64,000 nt of DNA from an uncultured virus (IMG/VR IMGVR_UViG_3300005617_000177). Taxonomy: Duplodnaviria > Heunggongvirae > Uroviricota > Caudoviricetes. Position 1 is the first letter of the stretch. Each line of letters opens with the position of its first letter. Under the pieces are notes generated by a model, which ran no database searches, was not told the DNA's origin, and saw only the letters and a list, made by a program, of their open reading frames with translations. Positions 10,088 to 19,700 of this stretch are shown here, piece after piece. The position numbers were made by a program, and so were the translations under genes. The DNA lies in the IMG/VR virus record IMGVR_UViG_3300005617_000177. The stretch is one strand, 5' to 3'.

Positions 10088-11227
10088 ATGGCTAACACCC
10101 CGCCTCTAAATATTGGCGCTGCTGGAGTAGCTGCTAAGATTGACCTTACCAAGCTTTCCGATGCCCTGCTCGCTACGCCGGAAGCTCTGTATATCTGGAC
10201 CAACTACGCTTCGTTGAAGTTCGGTCCTGCCGGCGAGAACGAGGGATCGAAGGTGCAGGTCGACCGCCTCAAGCCTCTTGAGTCGCCGGATCCGACTAAC
10301 TTAGCGGCCTATGTTGCAGTATCGACGTTTGCGGCGTTGCCGGATCAAACAAACACAGCGCTCTTCCAGGCGTTGGATTGGGATTCGGTTACGATTCAAG
10401 TTGAGCGCTACTGCATGCCGAAGCCGGTAGCGGCGAAGTTCAAGGCGATGCAGCTTTCCCAGGTTGACCTGGAGATGGCGCACGCTATCAACCTTCGCCG
10501 AAACTTTCACGAATTTGAGGACACTCTGATTCGCGAGCAGTACCGGTCTCACGTCTGCACGCAGATCTTCGGCAAATCGCTCCGAACAGACAAGGCTTCC
10601 ATGGTGAACGTTCCGTCGACAGACGGTCTGGCTGTCAGCATGTTGAAGAAGTTCAAGGAGCGCGCAGCGACTCTGTACCTAAGAGCATTTGGATCGGCGC
10701 CGGGATCCGATGCGCAGGCATTGGAAGGTTCCTTCCTGGCCGTGACGGATCAGTACGGTATCAATGAACTTTCGGAAGATCCGCTCTGGAGAGATTACGT
10801 TATCCGCGACCCTTCAGGGGAGCGCGGACGTCTCGTCAAGGGATTCATCGGAGAGTTCGAGCAGATCACAGTTGTTAAGAGCGACCGCATGGCGACAACC
10901 CAGGTCGGTTCCGGCAACGCATTCACAGGTCACGAGATCATCTTCATGGCCTCCGATCCTACCCTGATCGAGACAGGGGAAGACGGCACCCAGGGATTCT
11001 TCGGCGAATACCCGGTGGCGTGGGCTCAGATCGGACTCCCCGAAGTGAAGAGAGCTTCTGAGGATGGATTCGGCGAGAACATCATTCTTCGCTGGTACGC
11101 AACCCTCGGAACCCAGGCTCTTGAAGAGATGGACTTGACCACGGCGCAGGCGATCTCAACCTCTCTCGGAGGCATCGCCGTTGCGACAGGCTCGAGTCGA
11201 TTCATTCACCGCGGGCTGTTCGTATAA
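10088..11227 (+). CDS. Major capsid protein (N4-gp56-like)
   Basis: 379 aa; GFIGEFEQITVV and DGFGENIILRWYATLG segments; strong AAGGAG SD; followed by a terminator. Confidence 0.8.
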   Translation: MANTPPLNIGAAGVAAKIDLTKLSDALLATPEALYIWTNYASLKFGPAGENEGSKVQVDRLKPLESPDPTNLAAYVAVSTFAALPDQTNTALFQALDWDSVTIQVERYCMPKPVAAKFKAMQLSQVDLEMAHAINLRRNFHEFEDTLIREQYRSHVCTQIFGKSLRTDKASMVNVPSTDGLAVSMLKKFKERAATLYLRAFGSAPGSDAQALEGSFLAVTDQYGINELSEDPLWRDYVIRDPSGERGRLVKGFIGEFEQITVVKSDRMATTQVGSGNAFTGHEIIFMASDPTLIETGEDGTQGFFGEYPVAWAQIGLPEVKRASEDGFGENIILRWYATLGTQALEEMDLTTAQAISTSLGGIAVATGSSRFIHRGLFV

Positions 11228-11263
11228 GTTGGGTGCTTTCCTTTCTTAGACAAGTTCCTATCG

Positions 11264-11292
11264 GGGCGGGCTCGCCGAGTCCGCCCTTTTTT
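11264..11292 (+). terminator. Intrinsic terminator after MCP
   Basis: GGGCGGGCTC-GCC-GAGTCCGCCC stem followed by T6. Confidence 0.85.
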
Positions 11293-11302
11293 GCGAGAAA
11301 AT

Positions 11303-11617
11303 ATGATTCAAGCTTATAGGTGTTCTGCCGGACACGAAACGGAAAGAATCTTTCTTCCCAAGGTGAATCCTACTCGTAAGCCTCTGACAATCGCTTGTCC
11401 TACATGCGGAGCCCGCGCCGTCCGAAGTCAGGGCTGCATAGGATTCGCAAAGCAGACATACGGCCGGAAGTACGGATTTGCTACCGACTCCGATCGTCGG
11501 GATTGGTTGAAGAAGCCTGGTATAGATGGGTGGGTCGGAAAAGAAGGCGAACCACCCAAGAAACCAAAGAGAGTGCACATTCCGCCGCCGCGTCCAAAGA
11601 GATTGAAGGTAGCGTAG
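11303..11617 (+). CDS. FmdB-like zinc-ribbon protein
   Basis: YRCSAGH...CPTCG motif; basic Pro-rich tail. Confidence 0.55.
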   Translation: MIQAYRCSAGHETERIFLPKVNPTRKPLTIACPTCGARAVRSQGCIGFAKQTYGRKYGFATDSDRRDWLKKPGIDGWVGKEGEPPKKPKRVHIPPPRPKRLKVA

Positions 11618-11620
11618 TTT

Positions 11621-12526
11621 ATGCTGTATCTATTGCCATCCGAACTCGATATATTCGCCAGACAGGTCATCACCCAGGATGCTCTGTCGACGGAATTGGG
11701 ACGTCAGGCGATGATACAGCAAGCTTCGAGCGGCGTAGACAGCGCCACAGGGCGTTCCGAATTCGGACTGGAAGTCAGGAACGTCATAGACGAACAGGTT
11801 AATCTCAGTCTCGCTCTGAGTGGGTATTTAAGTAACACTCCATTCATAGAATGGATAGGCTCATCTGCGACTCTGTTCTACTTTGGATACCCTGTTTCTG
11901 TTGGTACTCTCCTGCTTTCGGACTTTTCAGTCGAGAAGAAATCCGGCGTCATTCGAAATCTCACCCGGGTCAATCTCCAGGTTGGCGGTGAAAGTGGGTT
12001 GCGCTTCAGGGGTACGTCTCCTACGTTCCGACCTACGAGTCCATACGGAGTGGCAGGTCAAGCGGAAGAAGCGGCCAGCCCGTATCTCATGACCGTCAGC
12101 TATAAAGCCGGCTACTTCGCTGAGGCGTTAATCGATTCGTCTGGTGGGGTGAATGCAACCGAGATCATTGTCAATGATGTGACGAATCTCATGGTTGGTC
12201 ATGAGTTTTACTTCTCTGCTGACCCCGTGAATGAGCCTACAGTCGATCATCGGTTCATCACGGCAATCAACACAAGCACGCGCGCGGTATCCTTCACGCC
12301 TGCGGTCAAGTATGCTCTGGATGATACTATGACTCTCCGGCAGATTGATAAAGCGGTGCGTTCGGCGACGGCCGATATTATATCGGATTTGTTGACTTTT
12401 CCTCCCAACACAAGAGATTTTTCCAAATCCTTTGGAAGAGGCGACCTGTCAAAACGATGGGTGCGAATGAACGATCAGTTTATTCCGATGATTGCAGCCG
12501 CCAAGCTTAACCGATATGTGAGGTAG
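11621..12526 (+). CDS. Head-tail adaptor (putative)
   Basis: Position after MCP; N-terminal YLLPSEL, VSYKAGY and C-terminal KLNRY typical of adaptors. Confidence 0.55.
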   Translation: MLYLLPSELDIFARQVITQDALSTELGRQAMIQQASSGVDSATGRSEFGLEVRNVIDEQVNLSLALSGYLSNTPFIEWIGSSATLFYFGYPVSVGTLLLSDFSVEKKSGVIRNLTRVNLQVGGESGLRFRGTSPTFRPTSPYGVAGQAEEAASPYLMTVSYKAGYFAEALIDSSGGVNATEIIVNDVTNLMVGHEFYFSADPVNEPTVDHRFITAINTSTRAVSFTPAVKYALDDTMTLRQIDKAVRSATADIISDLLTFPPNTRDFSKSFGRGDLSKRWVRMNDQFIPMIAAAKLNRYVR

Positions 12527-12529
12527 GCT

Positions 12530-12946
12530 ATGCCTGAATCTGGTCCTGCTGCTCTTGCTGAATATAAAGAGCTTTTTCAGGAGCTAGGTACACCTGAAGG
12601 GATGGTTACGCTCAGGCGAATCCATCGTGCGGCGACTGCCTACGCCCCGGCCGTCTCTGATGAGATCCCTCTGTATAAAGTCCTGGTAGACGATTCAGAA
12701 GATCGGCAGTCATTTGGGCTGATGGTATCTGATAGGCGTGTATTTCGAATTTGGGGAGGCGCCATAAGTCCTACCGGCATTCTGGAAGTCACGGAGAGTT
12801 CCTTGAATCAGGCTCGCCTTGCCGGAGGCGGGGTTTTGGAAAATGGAATTCTCTTTAACCTGATGGAATTCCACCGCGGATTCTCCGTTGGTGGGATTGT
12901 GATGCAGTACTTTCTCCTGTGCGATTCGCTTAAACTGGTTTTGTAA
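12530..12946 (+). CDS. Head closure/neck protein (putative)
   Basis: 138 aa, synteny. Confidence 0.45.
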   Translation: MPESGPAALAEYKELFQELGTPEGMVTLRRIHRAATAYAPAVSDEIPLYKVLVDDSEDRQSFGLMVSDRRVFRIWGGAISPTGILEVTESSLNQARLAGGGVLENGILFNLMEFHRGFSVGGIVMQYFLLCDSLKLVL

Positions 12947-13509
12947 TGGGTAACTTTAAGCAAAGTCAGGTGTTTAGGTCTTTGGGTGCGGCTGTGCTGT
13001 TGCAGTTGTCGAATGTCGATCCAGAGACCGACTACGATGTATGGGCGGCTCTCCCGGTGAGTCAGGGTCGCAAGTACATTCAACACGACAATCAGATCAT
13101 GCCAATGGTTGCTGGTCCGCTCCAAACTCTATTAGTACCAGGAGTTGTGGTGGAAAGTGGTCGCGTGGCAGATTATCGCGGCAAGCGAGATTGTCCAGTA
13201 GTTGTGTCGATCGGGATGAACATTGAGGGTTCTCCTGATAGACAGCAGGCTATGTTATCTGAGCTTTGTGATAGGCTACACCCTTTTATTTTCACCAAGA
13301 AGTCGTGTCCAATCTATAAATTCGCTGATGATTCCGATACCATAACCGGAGTTGCGGGATTTCTGGATTGGCATGATGAACGTTATAACGACCCGCTACC
13401 GCGGGAAACCTTAGTAGGCGTCGTGGCTAATGGTGGATGGTATCGCAATGAGTACAGCTTTACTGTTCACTACACGATGGATGAGGGTGACACCAGTGAT
13501 CTTATCTGA
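12946..13509 (+). CDS. Tail terminator/completion protein (putative)
   Basis: 187 aa, TAATG coupling, synteny before tail tube. Confidence 0.45.
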   Translation: MGNFKQSQVFRSLGAAVLLQLSNVDPETDYDVWAALPVSQGRKYIQHDNQIMPMVAGPLQTLLVPGVVVESGRVADYRGKRDCPVVVSIGMNIEGSPDRQQAMLSELCDRLHPFIFTKKSCPIYKFADDSDTITGVAGFLDWHDERYNDPLPRETLVGVVANGGWYRNEYSFTVHYTMDEGDTSDLI

Positions 13510-14053
13510 AGACACCCGCGAGAAGCTTCTCGAGCTACGAATTGCTCAAGAGCTTGAATGTCGAGTCTGTTCCAAATGCAGCCGGCAGTCGGCTACCGTT
13601 CCGGCTTCAGTTCCGCATCCCCTGGAGAAGCAACTCAGGGATGCCAAGATGAAGTTGAAGAAACGGCCGGGCGATTCTCTATACCAGGAACTCGTACACA
13701 GGCTGCAAAGCCAGCTACACCATACCTCCCGGTGTTGTGGAGTCCGGTTCGAGATCAGAAAGTTCGACAATCATTCAGCGCTTTACAACGATTGGCGCCG
13801 GCGCCAGGCATTGGTGTCGGTTTCTGTTCAGCGCTTGAGAGAAGAATTTGGCCCACAGGAACGAAGTCGTAGCGATGATTTTATCATTATGTGGGACTTA
13901 TGGTCTTTGCCGGATCAAATGACAGGGCGTCTTGTTTCTATCTTTCAGGAAGAAGATCAATTTCAATCTGAGCCTTGCGTCTGCGCCACTATGGATTGGA
14001 GTGGAATCGATCAAACCCAAGAACATCACTCTCTGTGTCCAACTCAGCGATAA
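13496..14053 (+). CDS. Cys-rich hypothetical protein with C-terminal CxC-MDW-HH-C module
   Basis: GTG start after GAGGG SD (ATG 13481 is an alternative); CRVCSKC, SRCCG; C-terminal module shared with the TerL N-terminus. Confidence 0.55.
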   Translation: MILSEDTREKLLELRIAQELECRVCSKCSRQSATVPASVPHPLEKQLRDAKMKLKKRPGDSLYQELVHRLQSQLHHTSRCCGVRFEIRKFDNHSALYNDWRRRQALVSVSVQRLREEFGPQERSRSDDFIIMWDLWSLPDQMTGRLVSIFQEEDQFQSEPCVCATMDWSGIDQTQEHHSLCPTQR

Positions 14054-14066
14054 CTTCTTTGCCTAC

Positions 14067-14103
14067 GTGCGATTTGCAACGAGATGCGACAATCAAATTG
14101 AAG
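14067..14103 (+). promoter_or_regulatory. Candidate late promoter, copy 3 (GTGCGATTTGC-N10-GACAAT-C-AAATTGAAG)
   Basis: Intergenic, upstream of tail tube gene; conserved with 9127-9164. Confidence 0.55.
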
Positions 14104-14129
14104 AGATCTCGCGACCAGGAGGTTAGTCG

Positions 14130-14741
14130 ATGCCCGGTTATGCATATACTCAGGAGCAGAAGTATTCAACACGAGTACTGCACATTGCAGGAAGTCGTGT
14201 TCTAACGGCGGCCTCCCAAGCGGCGCTCCCGACTGTGGGACAAGTCCTTATCGGAGCGGAGCCTTCGGGCTATCTCGATCATGGTTCTATCGTAAGCGCC
14301 CTCGTTGAAATCAACCTGGAGTTGACGCGAGAATCAATCGACTTGGGCCGCGTTCCGACGCCTGCCCGATTCTACTTGTCAGCGCAGAAGGGCACGATCC
14401 GATTCAGGATGCAGGAGTACCAGCCGGAGTCGATCGACTTGGCGGGTGGTGGTACCGGTGTCTTGGAGTCGGGTACCGGATTCAAGCGATCCTACCTCGG
14501 AGGAAAGCTTGGAACTGAGCGGCGTATTCTTATCTTGGACGACTTCGATACGGTGGTTGGAGTGGATGCAGAACTGTGGTATCAGTTCTGGTTCACTAAC
14601 CCGAATGCACAGTGCGGTGGCACCTTCGCCCGAGGCGAGGAAAAAGCTGCCTTCGTGGTGCCTATCGAGTACGATTTGCTGAGGTTCACTCAAGGAGGGT
14701 TCAACCGGCTTCTCGAATTCAGAGCGATTTCGACGCCGTAA
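14130..14741 (+). CDS. Major tail tube protein (putative)
   Basis: 203 aa, AGGAGG SD, own terminator, followed by chaperone pair and tape measure. Confidence 0.7.
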   Translation: MPGYAYTQEQKYSTRVLHIAGSRVLTAASQAALPTVGQVLIGAEPSGYLDHGSIVSALVEINLELTRESIDLGRVPTPARFYLSAQKGTIRFRMQEYQPESIDLAGGGTGVLESGTGFKRSYLGGKLGTERRILILDDFDTVVGVDAELWYQFWFTNPNAQCGGTFARGEEKAAFVVPIEYDLLRFTQGGFNRLLEFRAISTP

Positions 14742-14766
14742 GATCCTTCTCTTTAGTTGGGGGTTA

Positions 14767-14799
14767 AGGCTGGCGTGGTCAAGCGCCAGCCTCTTTTTC
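14767..14799 (+). terminator. Intrinsic terminator after tail tube gene
   Basis: AGGCTGGCG-loop-CGCCAGCCT followed by CTTTTT. Confidence 0.75.
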
Positions 14800-14857
14800 A
14801 AGAATCGGAGTCCTTCCGATTCGTTTAACGGGAATCCTTCCCGTCCGAAAGGTTAAT

Positions 14858-15685
14858 ATGGCTCAAAGAGGCAGACCACGTAAAGTCAATGGTGCGGCTG
14901 CGCCTGTTCCAGAGACGTCTGAGGCGAGACCCCCGGCCGGCGAAACTATGCCAGGGGAACCAACCAGAGAAGAAATCATCGATGCTATCTCGAACGAACC
15001 TTCCAGGGAGCTTTTTGTTGAATTGGCAGGGCAAAAGATTCCAATTGTAGAGTTGACTCAATCCAACTGGCTTCGCTATCTGGCTGTGTTCGCTCCAGAA
15101 TTTGAAGCTCTGCTCAAGAACCTGCTTCCGATGTTGGGAGTCGCTACGCGGAGCTACACCATCCTTCGGCATTTCACTCCCGAGACTCGAGAGGATCTGC
15201 GCCAGGTGGCCCTCCTGGGCGATCTGGAGCTTCTCCAGGAAAGCATCAAGGCTTTGGGTGTATCGGAAGTATCGCTGGATGATTTGATCGGCTTGCAGCA
15301 AGCTGCGACCGATGGCGCCGGCATGGATTTCTTATTGTCTATGTCTCTGATCCTTTTACGGCCGTTGGGTGGAGAAGCGATGAGGGCTATGGAAGAACTG
15401 TCGTTCTCCAAGATCCTGCTTCGCATAAGCGATCGCTTGGCTGAGTTGGCCTTGGCCTCATTGAAGTCATCATTCATCCGTAGGGGCCTGCCTTACAAAG
15501 AAACCGAGCTTGTTGCGGCTATCGAACTCTGCGACGGCATGGATCTATTCGATATTGTGTACAAACAGTATGAGCATGACCGGGTGAAGATCCGCCGTTT
15601 TTTCGGGCAGGTGATGAGTTTGGCGATGAGGAATACGCCTACCGAGACGCCTTCGGTGTCGACGATAGAGGGAACCCCCTCTTAG
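14858..15685 (+). CDS. Tail assembly chaperone (gpG-like)
   Basis: Between tail tube and tape measure; slippery T TTT TTC near the 3' end. Confidence 0.7.
   Translation: MAQRGRPRKVNGAAAPVPETSEARPPAGETMPGEPTREEIIDAISNEPSRELFVELAGQKIPIVELTQSNWLRYLAVFAPEFEALLKNLLPMLGVATRSYTILRHFTPETREDLRQVALLGDLELLQESIKALGVSEVSLDDLIGLQQAATDGAGMDFLLSMSLILLRPLGGEAMRAMEELSFSKILLRISDRLAELALASLKSSFIRRGLPYKETELVAAIELCDGMDLFDIVYKQYEHDRVKIRRFFGQVMSLAMRNTPTETPSVSTIEGTPS
15598..15604 (+). other. Programmed -1 ribosomal frameshift site (T TTT TTC)
   Basis: X XXY YYZ heptamer in the chaperone frame; the -1 frame is open for 44 codons into ORF 15733-16113. Confidence 0.75.
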
Positions 15686-16113
15686 GCGTAGCAGCTATTT
15701 GCCAAGCTACCCATTGGTCTTTTGAGCATGTCATGGGAATGACGGATACTCAGATCTCGATCATTTCTCATGCTTTTTGGGTGAATGCAGAACGAGAACA
15801 GAAGCGCCGCGACGCGGATATGACCTGTGAATATTGCGGAGAGAAACAGGTTTTCGATGGAACATGCGGCAACTGTAAACGACGTCAAATGCGTGCTGTT
15901 ACACTAAATGTAAGGGAGGCAGGACCGAAAGCAGCGGCAGATGTAATTGAATGGCCTCCTGGGTCCGGACAAGTTTACAAGGGAGATCAGTTTGAGTCGG
16001 CGGCCAGGAAATTCCAGATCGCGTGTATGGAAAAGGGAGATATGCGCTCCTATATGGAATACTGTTCGCAGATAAACAGAGGCGATGACGTGCAAGAGTT
16101 TTTGAGAAGATAA
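15601..16113 (+). CDS. Tail assembly chaperone frameshift extension (gpGT-like)
   Basis: -1 frame continuation; includes CEYCG...CGNC. Confidence 0.65.
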   Translation, partial: FRAGDEFGDEEYAYRDAFGVDDRGNPLLGVAAICQATHWSFEHVMGMTDTQISIISHAFWVNAEREQKRRDADMTCEYCGEKQVFDGTCGNCKRRQMRAVTLNVREAGPKAAADVIEWPPGSGQVYKGDQFESAARKFQIACMEKGDMRSYMEYCSQINRGDDVQEFLRR

Positions 16114-16703
16114 TGGCAAAAGTCACAGTCTCAGGCAATCTTGAACTTTTGTTTAACAGCTTGCGAAAGCTGGAGACCAACCTGGAGCTTGTCCGTGGAC
16201 TGCCACCAATCAATGTTCGCAATTGGGCCCGGGACGAATCCGCGCGAAACCCGGCCCATAACATTTTTTACTTCGATGCTGTAGATAAAGGGCGTCGGGG
16301 ATTTGCGGCGACCGCTGCAACAGAAGATGGTCAGCGCCCCATGTTGCACTACAAAGAGTCCGTAGAGAGATGGGTGGTCGTGGATTCAGTCGGTCCTTCA
16401 GAGCCACGAAGAATAAGAGAGACAGCTACCGCAACTATTCGGGATGGTTGGGCACCTTTATTTATAAGCGCTCTCGCTCAAATAACAGGAGGGAGACCAC
16501 CAACAGCAGCGAATCTCAAGGCTCTTCGAAAGAGAATGACGAGATTCATTTTGAAGTCATGGAAAGAAGCAACAATCAAGAACACGGTGCTTCGCGATAC
16601 CAAGAATAGATTCTATGGGTATCGCTTGTCCGAAACAGCAAGGGGTCCGATTATTCCTCTCGCTCAAGCTTTTAGAATCGACGGAGATGTTGTTAAAGAA
16701 TAA
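16113..16703 (+). CDS. Hypothetical tail-module protein
   Basis: 196 aa, TAATG coupling on both sides. Confidence 0.55.
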   Translation: MAKVTVSGNLELLFNSLRKLETNLELVRGLPPINVRNWARDESARNPAHNIFYFDAVDKGRRGFAATAATEDGQRPMLHYKESVERWVVVDSVGPSEPRRIRETATATIRDGWAPLFISALAQITGGRPPTAANLKALRKRMTRFILKSWKEATIKNTVLRDTKNRFYGYRLSETARGPIIPLAQAFRIDGDVVKE

Positions 16704-19700
16704 TGGCAGACGAGCTTCCACCATTATTACAAAGCTATGATATAGAGCCGAGGGTTAAACCTGGCGCTATTGATGCTGTTATTGCGGACGTCAAGAGATT
16801 GGCGACGCAAGTAACTAATATTCTTAACAAGCTCGATGTCGGTCCCATCAAAGTCAATACCAAGACTGGCGATACAGTCAAAGGTCAATTCACAGACATT
16901 GCCAAGTCTATCGAAGTCGGTTTCGACGGAGTTCAAAAGAGACTCGAATCCGGCATCGGCGCCGCTCTTGATGCTCTCATTCAAAAAGCTCTCGCCGCGC
17001 AGGGACAGATCAATAATCTTGGTGGTCCTGGCGGAGGCGGCGGAGGTGGCGGCCGGAGAACAAATCAGGATTTCTTTGGTCCTGGTGTACCAGAAAGACA
17101 GTCTCAGTCAGCGCGGTCTCAAGAATTAGAGAAGCAGCGAATCTTTGAGAACGCCGACAAGATAAATAGAGAGCTTAAGAAGAGGCAAGCAGCAGATGAT
17201 GAAGCTGCCGCTAAGAAAGCGGAAGCTGATAATAATCGCATAGCTCAAAACAGAATTCGATTGCAGCAAGCGAGCGCTCTGCTTGAAAAAAGACAAAGAG
17301 AAGACGCAGCAAAAGATCAAGAGTCCATCGAACTCAGAAAGATCAGACTCGCCCAGAACAGCGCCGCTATCGCAAAAAGGGAAAGAGAAGCAGCCGAGAA
17401 AGAAGAAGCAGCGGCAGCGGATCGTAGAGCCAGACTCGCACAGAATAGTGCGGCTATTGAGAATCGACGATTAGAGACTGAAAGAAGATTTAGAGAGGCG
17501 CAGCCGGCAAGAGTCAGTGATGCGACGTCTGGAGGAACCGCTGCGATAAAACTCCAGACTCAGGCAGAAACCGCACTTGCTCAAGCAAGACGAGCTTCGG
17601 CTGAAGCTGCTAGAAGCGACGATCCTGCTCGTCGCACGGCGACTCTTCAAGCAGAACGAGCGGCAACTCAGGCCGTTACCGATGCGACTATCGCTCGACG
17701 AGCAGCCGAACAACGATTGCTCGTAACCAGAAATCCAGCATCGACTCAGAGAGAGATCGATAGTGCTAACCAACTGGCATCGGCTACAGCACGACAAGCA
17801 AGAGAATCGATCGGTCTTGCTAATGCATCAGGAAAAGCCGCTGAGGCTTTAAGACCTCTAGGCAGGAATGGTCGTGAAGCGCACGAGCAACTTCTTGCCC
17901 TTCTCGGTGTTAGTCGATTCTTGCCCGGGGCTTTGGGACAGGCTGTTAGCGGTGTGGCTTTGTTGTCGGGCGGCATGCAATCGGCTACGGGTATCTTCAT
18001 CGGCGTAGCCGGCGCCATCGCAACTGTACTTATTCAGTTAGGACGCATGGGTGCTCAATTCAACGAAGAGTTGAATCGACAGCGCGCACAAGCTGAAGGT
18101 CTCGGATTAACCCTTACAGAAGTTAAAGCATTTCAATTGGTCTTGGGTCAGACAGGCGGAACAATTGAAAACTTTGCAGTTGGCATCAAGAAGATCAATG
18201 AAGCTGTTACTGGAATCGGTGATAGCGCGATAGAGACTAAGAATCTTCTCGAGTTGGTCTTTGCTGGAACTGGATTCGACTTCACCAAAGTTACAGCTTC
18301 AATCGAAAAAGGTTCAGCTTCAAAGCAGATTCTCTTAGAGCTCGCCAAGAACATGCGAACCCTGGAGAAGGCAGGACTCGGCTCCGCGGTTGCCGCACAG
18401 ATCTTTGGTCGATCTTGGGATGAAGTTAAAGGACGACTCCAGGATATTGCCGACAAAGAAGAGCAATTTGAAAAAGCTCTCAAAGATTCAGGCATTACGG
18501 CTAAAGAAGCGGAAGAAAGCGCGAAGCGATACGCACAGGTTGTCGCCGAACTAGAACTAGCCTGGACAAAGTTTGCCGCCACTCTTGGTGGTCCTGTTAC
18601 AGCCATTGTAAAAGGATTCCAAGTCACTCTGAACTTCCTGACAGAAGACGCCCAGACAACTCTAGATCGCATGAAGGGCTTTGCGAAGTCGCTGGAGATC
18701 TCTGGGTCAGAAGCGGCAGCGAAGTCTATTATCAATCTAAGCAAGCTGCGAGAAGCTGTAGCTCGTGGAGAAGAACTTCCAAAGGGTACTCTAGGAAAAG
18801 CAACAGGGACCGAAGATGAATTCGGGGTCTCTCAGGGATTGTTGGATCGAGCAAGCCAACAAACAAAACTGGACTTTCTTGCCGCTCAAATTGAACTCAA
18901 TAAGCAATTCATAAGGAAGTCAGGGTTCGATCCCGATGCTTTGATTCAGCAGCAGAAAGATCGAGAAAGAGAACTTGCTGATGAAGAAGCTATCACAGAA
19001 AACCAGAAGAGACTCAAAGAAGAAAGACAAAAGCAATTAGAAGAAGCTGGCAAATCTGCTTCCATTACCGAACGCACAGCCACCCTGAAAGAGCATGAGC
19101 TTGCTGTTGCGCAGGACGAACAACAGCTTCTTCAAAAGCAAAGGCAGGAAGAAGAGAAGGCTCTTAAACTCGCTGAACTTGTGCTTAAGGGCGACATCAG
19201 CGATGAGAAGCGCGCGGATATAACAGAGAAGCGCAATGCAGCTAAGAATCGTTTGATCGGTCTGCGCATAGAAGAGAACCGACTCAGCAAGAGAATTGCT
19301 GCTCTTCGAAAAGAAGAAAGACCCACAGCAGCATTAGAGGCCGATGCTGAAGATATCACTGAAGCACTCCGATCTACGGATAGGAGTTCCACTCAGTTTC
19401 AACTCCTGGCTGATAAATTAATTAAGACTCGAGAGAAGATCCTAGCTCTTGCTAGAGATCCTGATGAGAGACGAAGATTCTCCAAACAGTTGTTCCGTGA
19501 TTCGCAGTTCATAAAAGGTCAGACGCTTGAAGAACTGCAACAGCAGTTCGCCGCGGCGATGGTGGATATTCAAGAAAAGAGCGCTCAGGCTCTCGATACC
19601 ATCGGACGTGCGCGTGAACGCGAACTAATAGAGACAGACAGGCTTCTTGAATCTGGATCTATCACAGTGACGGAAGCGGCACGGCGCGATGCGCAAGGGA

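Noticed and set aside
17250..17470. 87-nt repeat (RLAQNSAAI) as a separate element
   Set aside because: It is an ordinary internal repeat of the tape measure protein.
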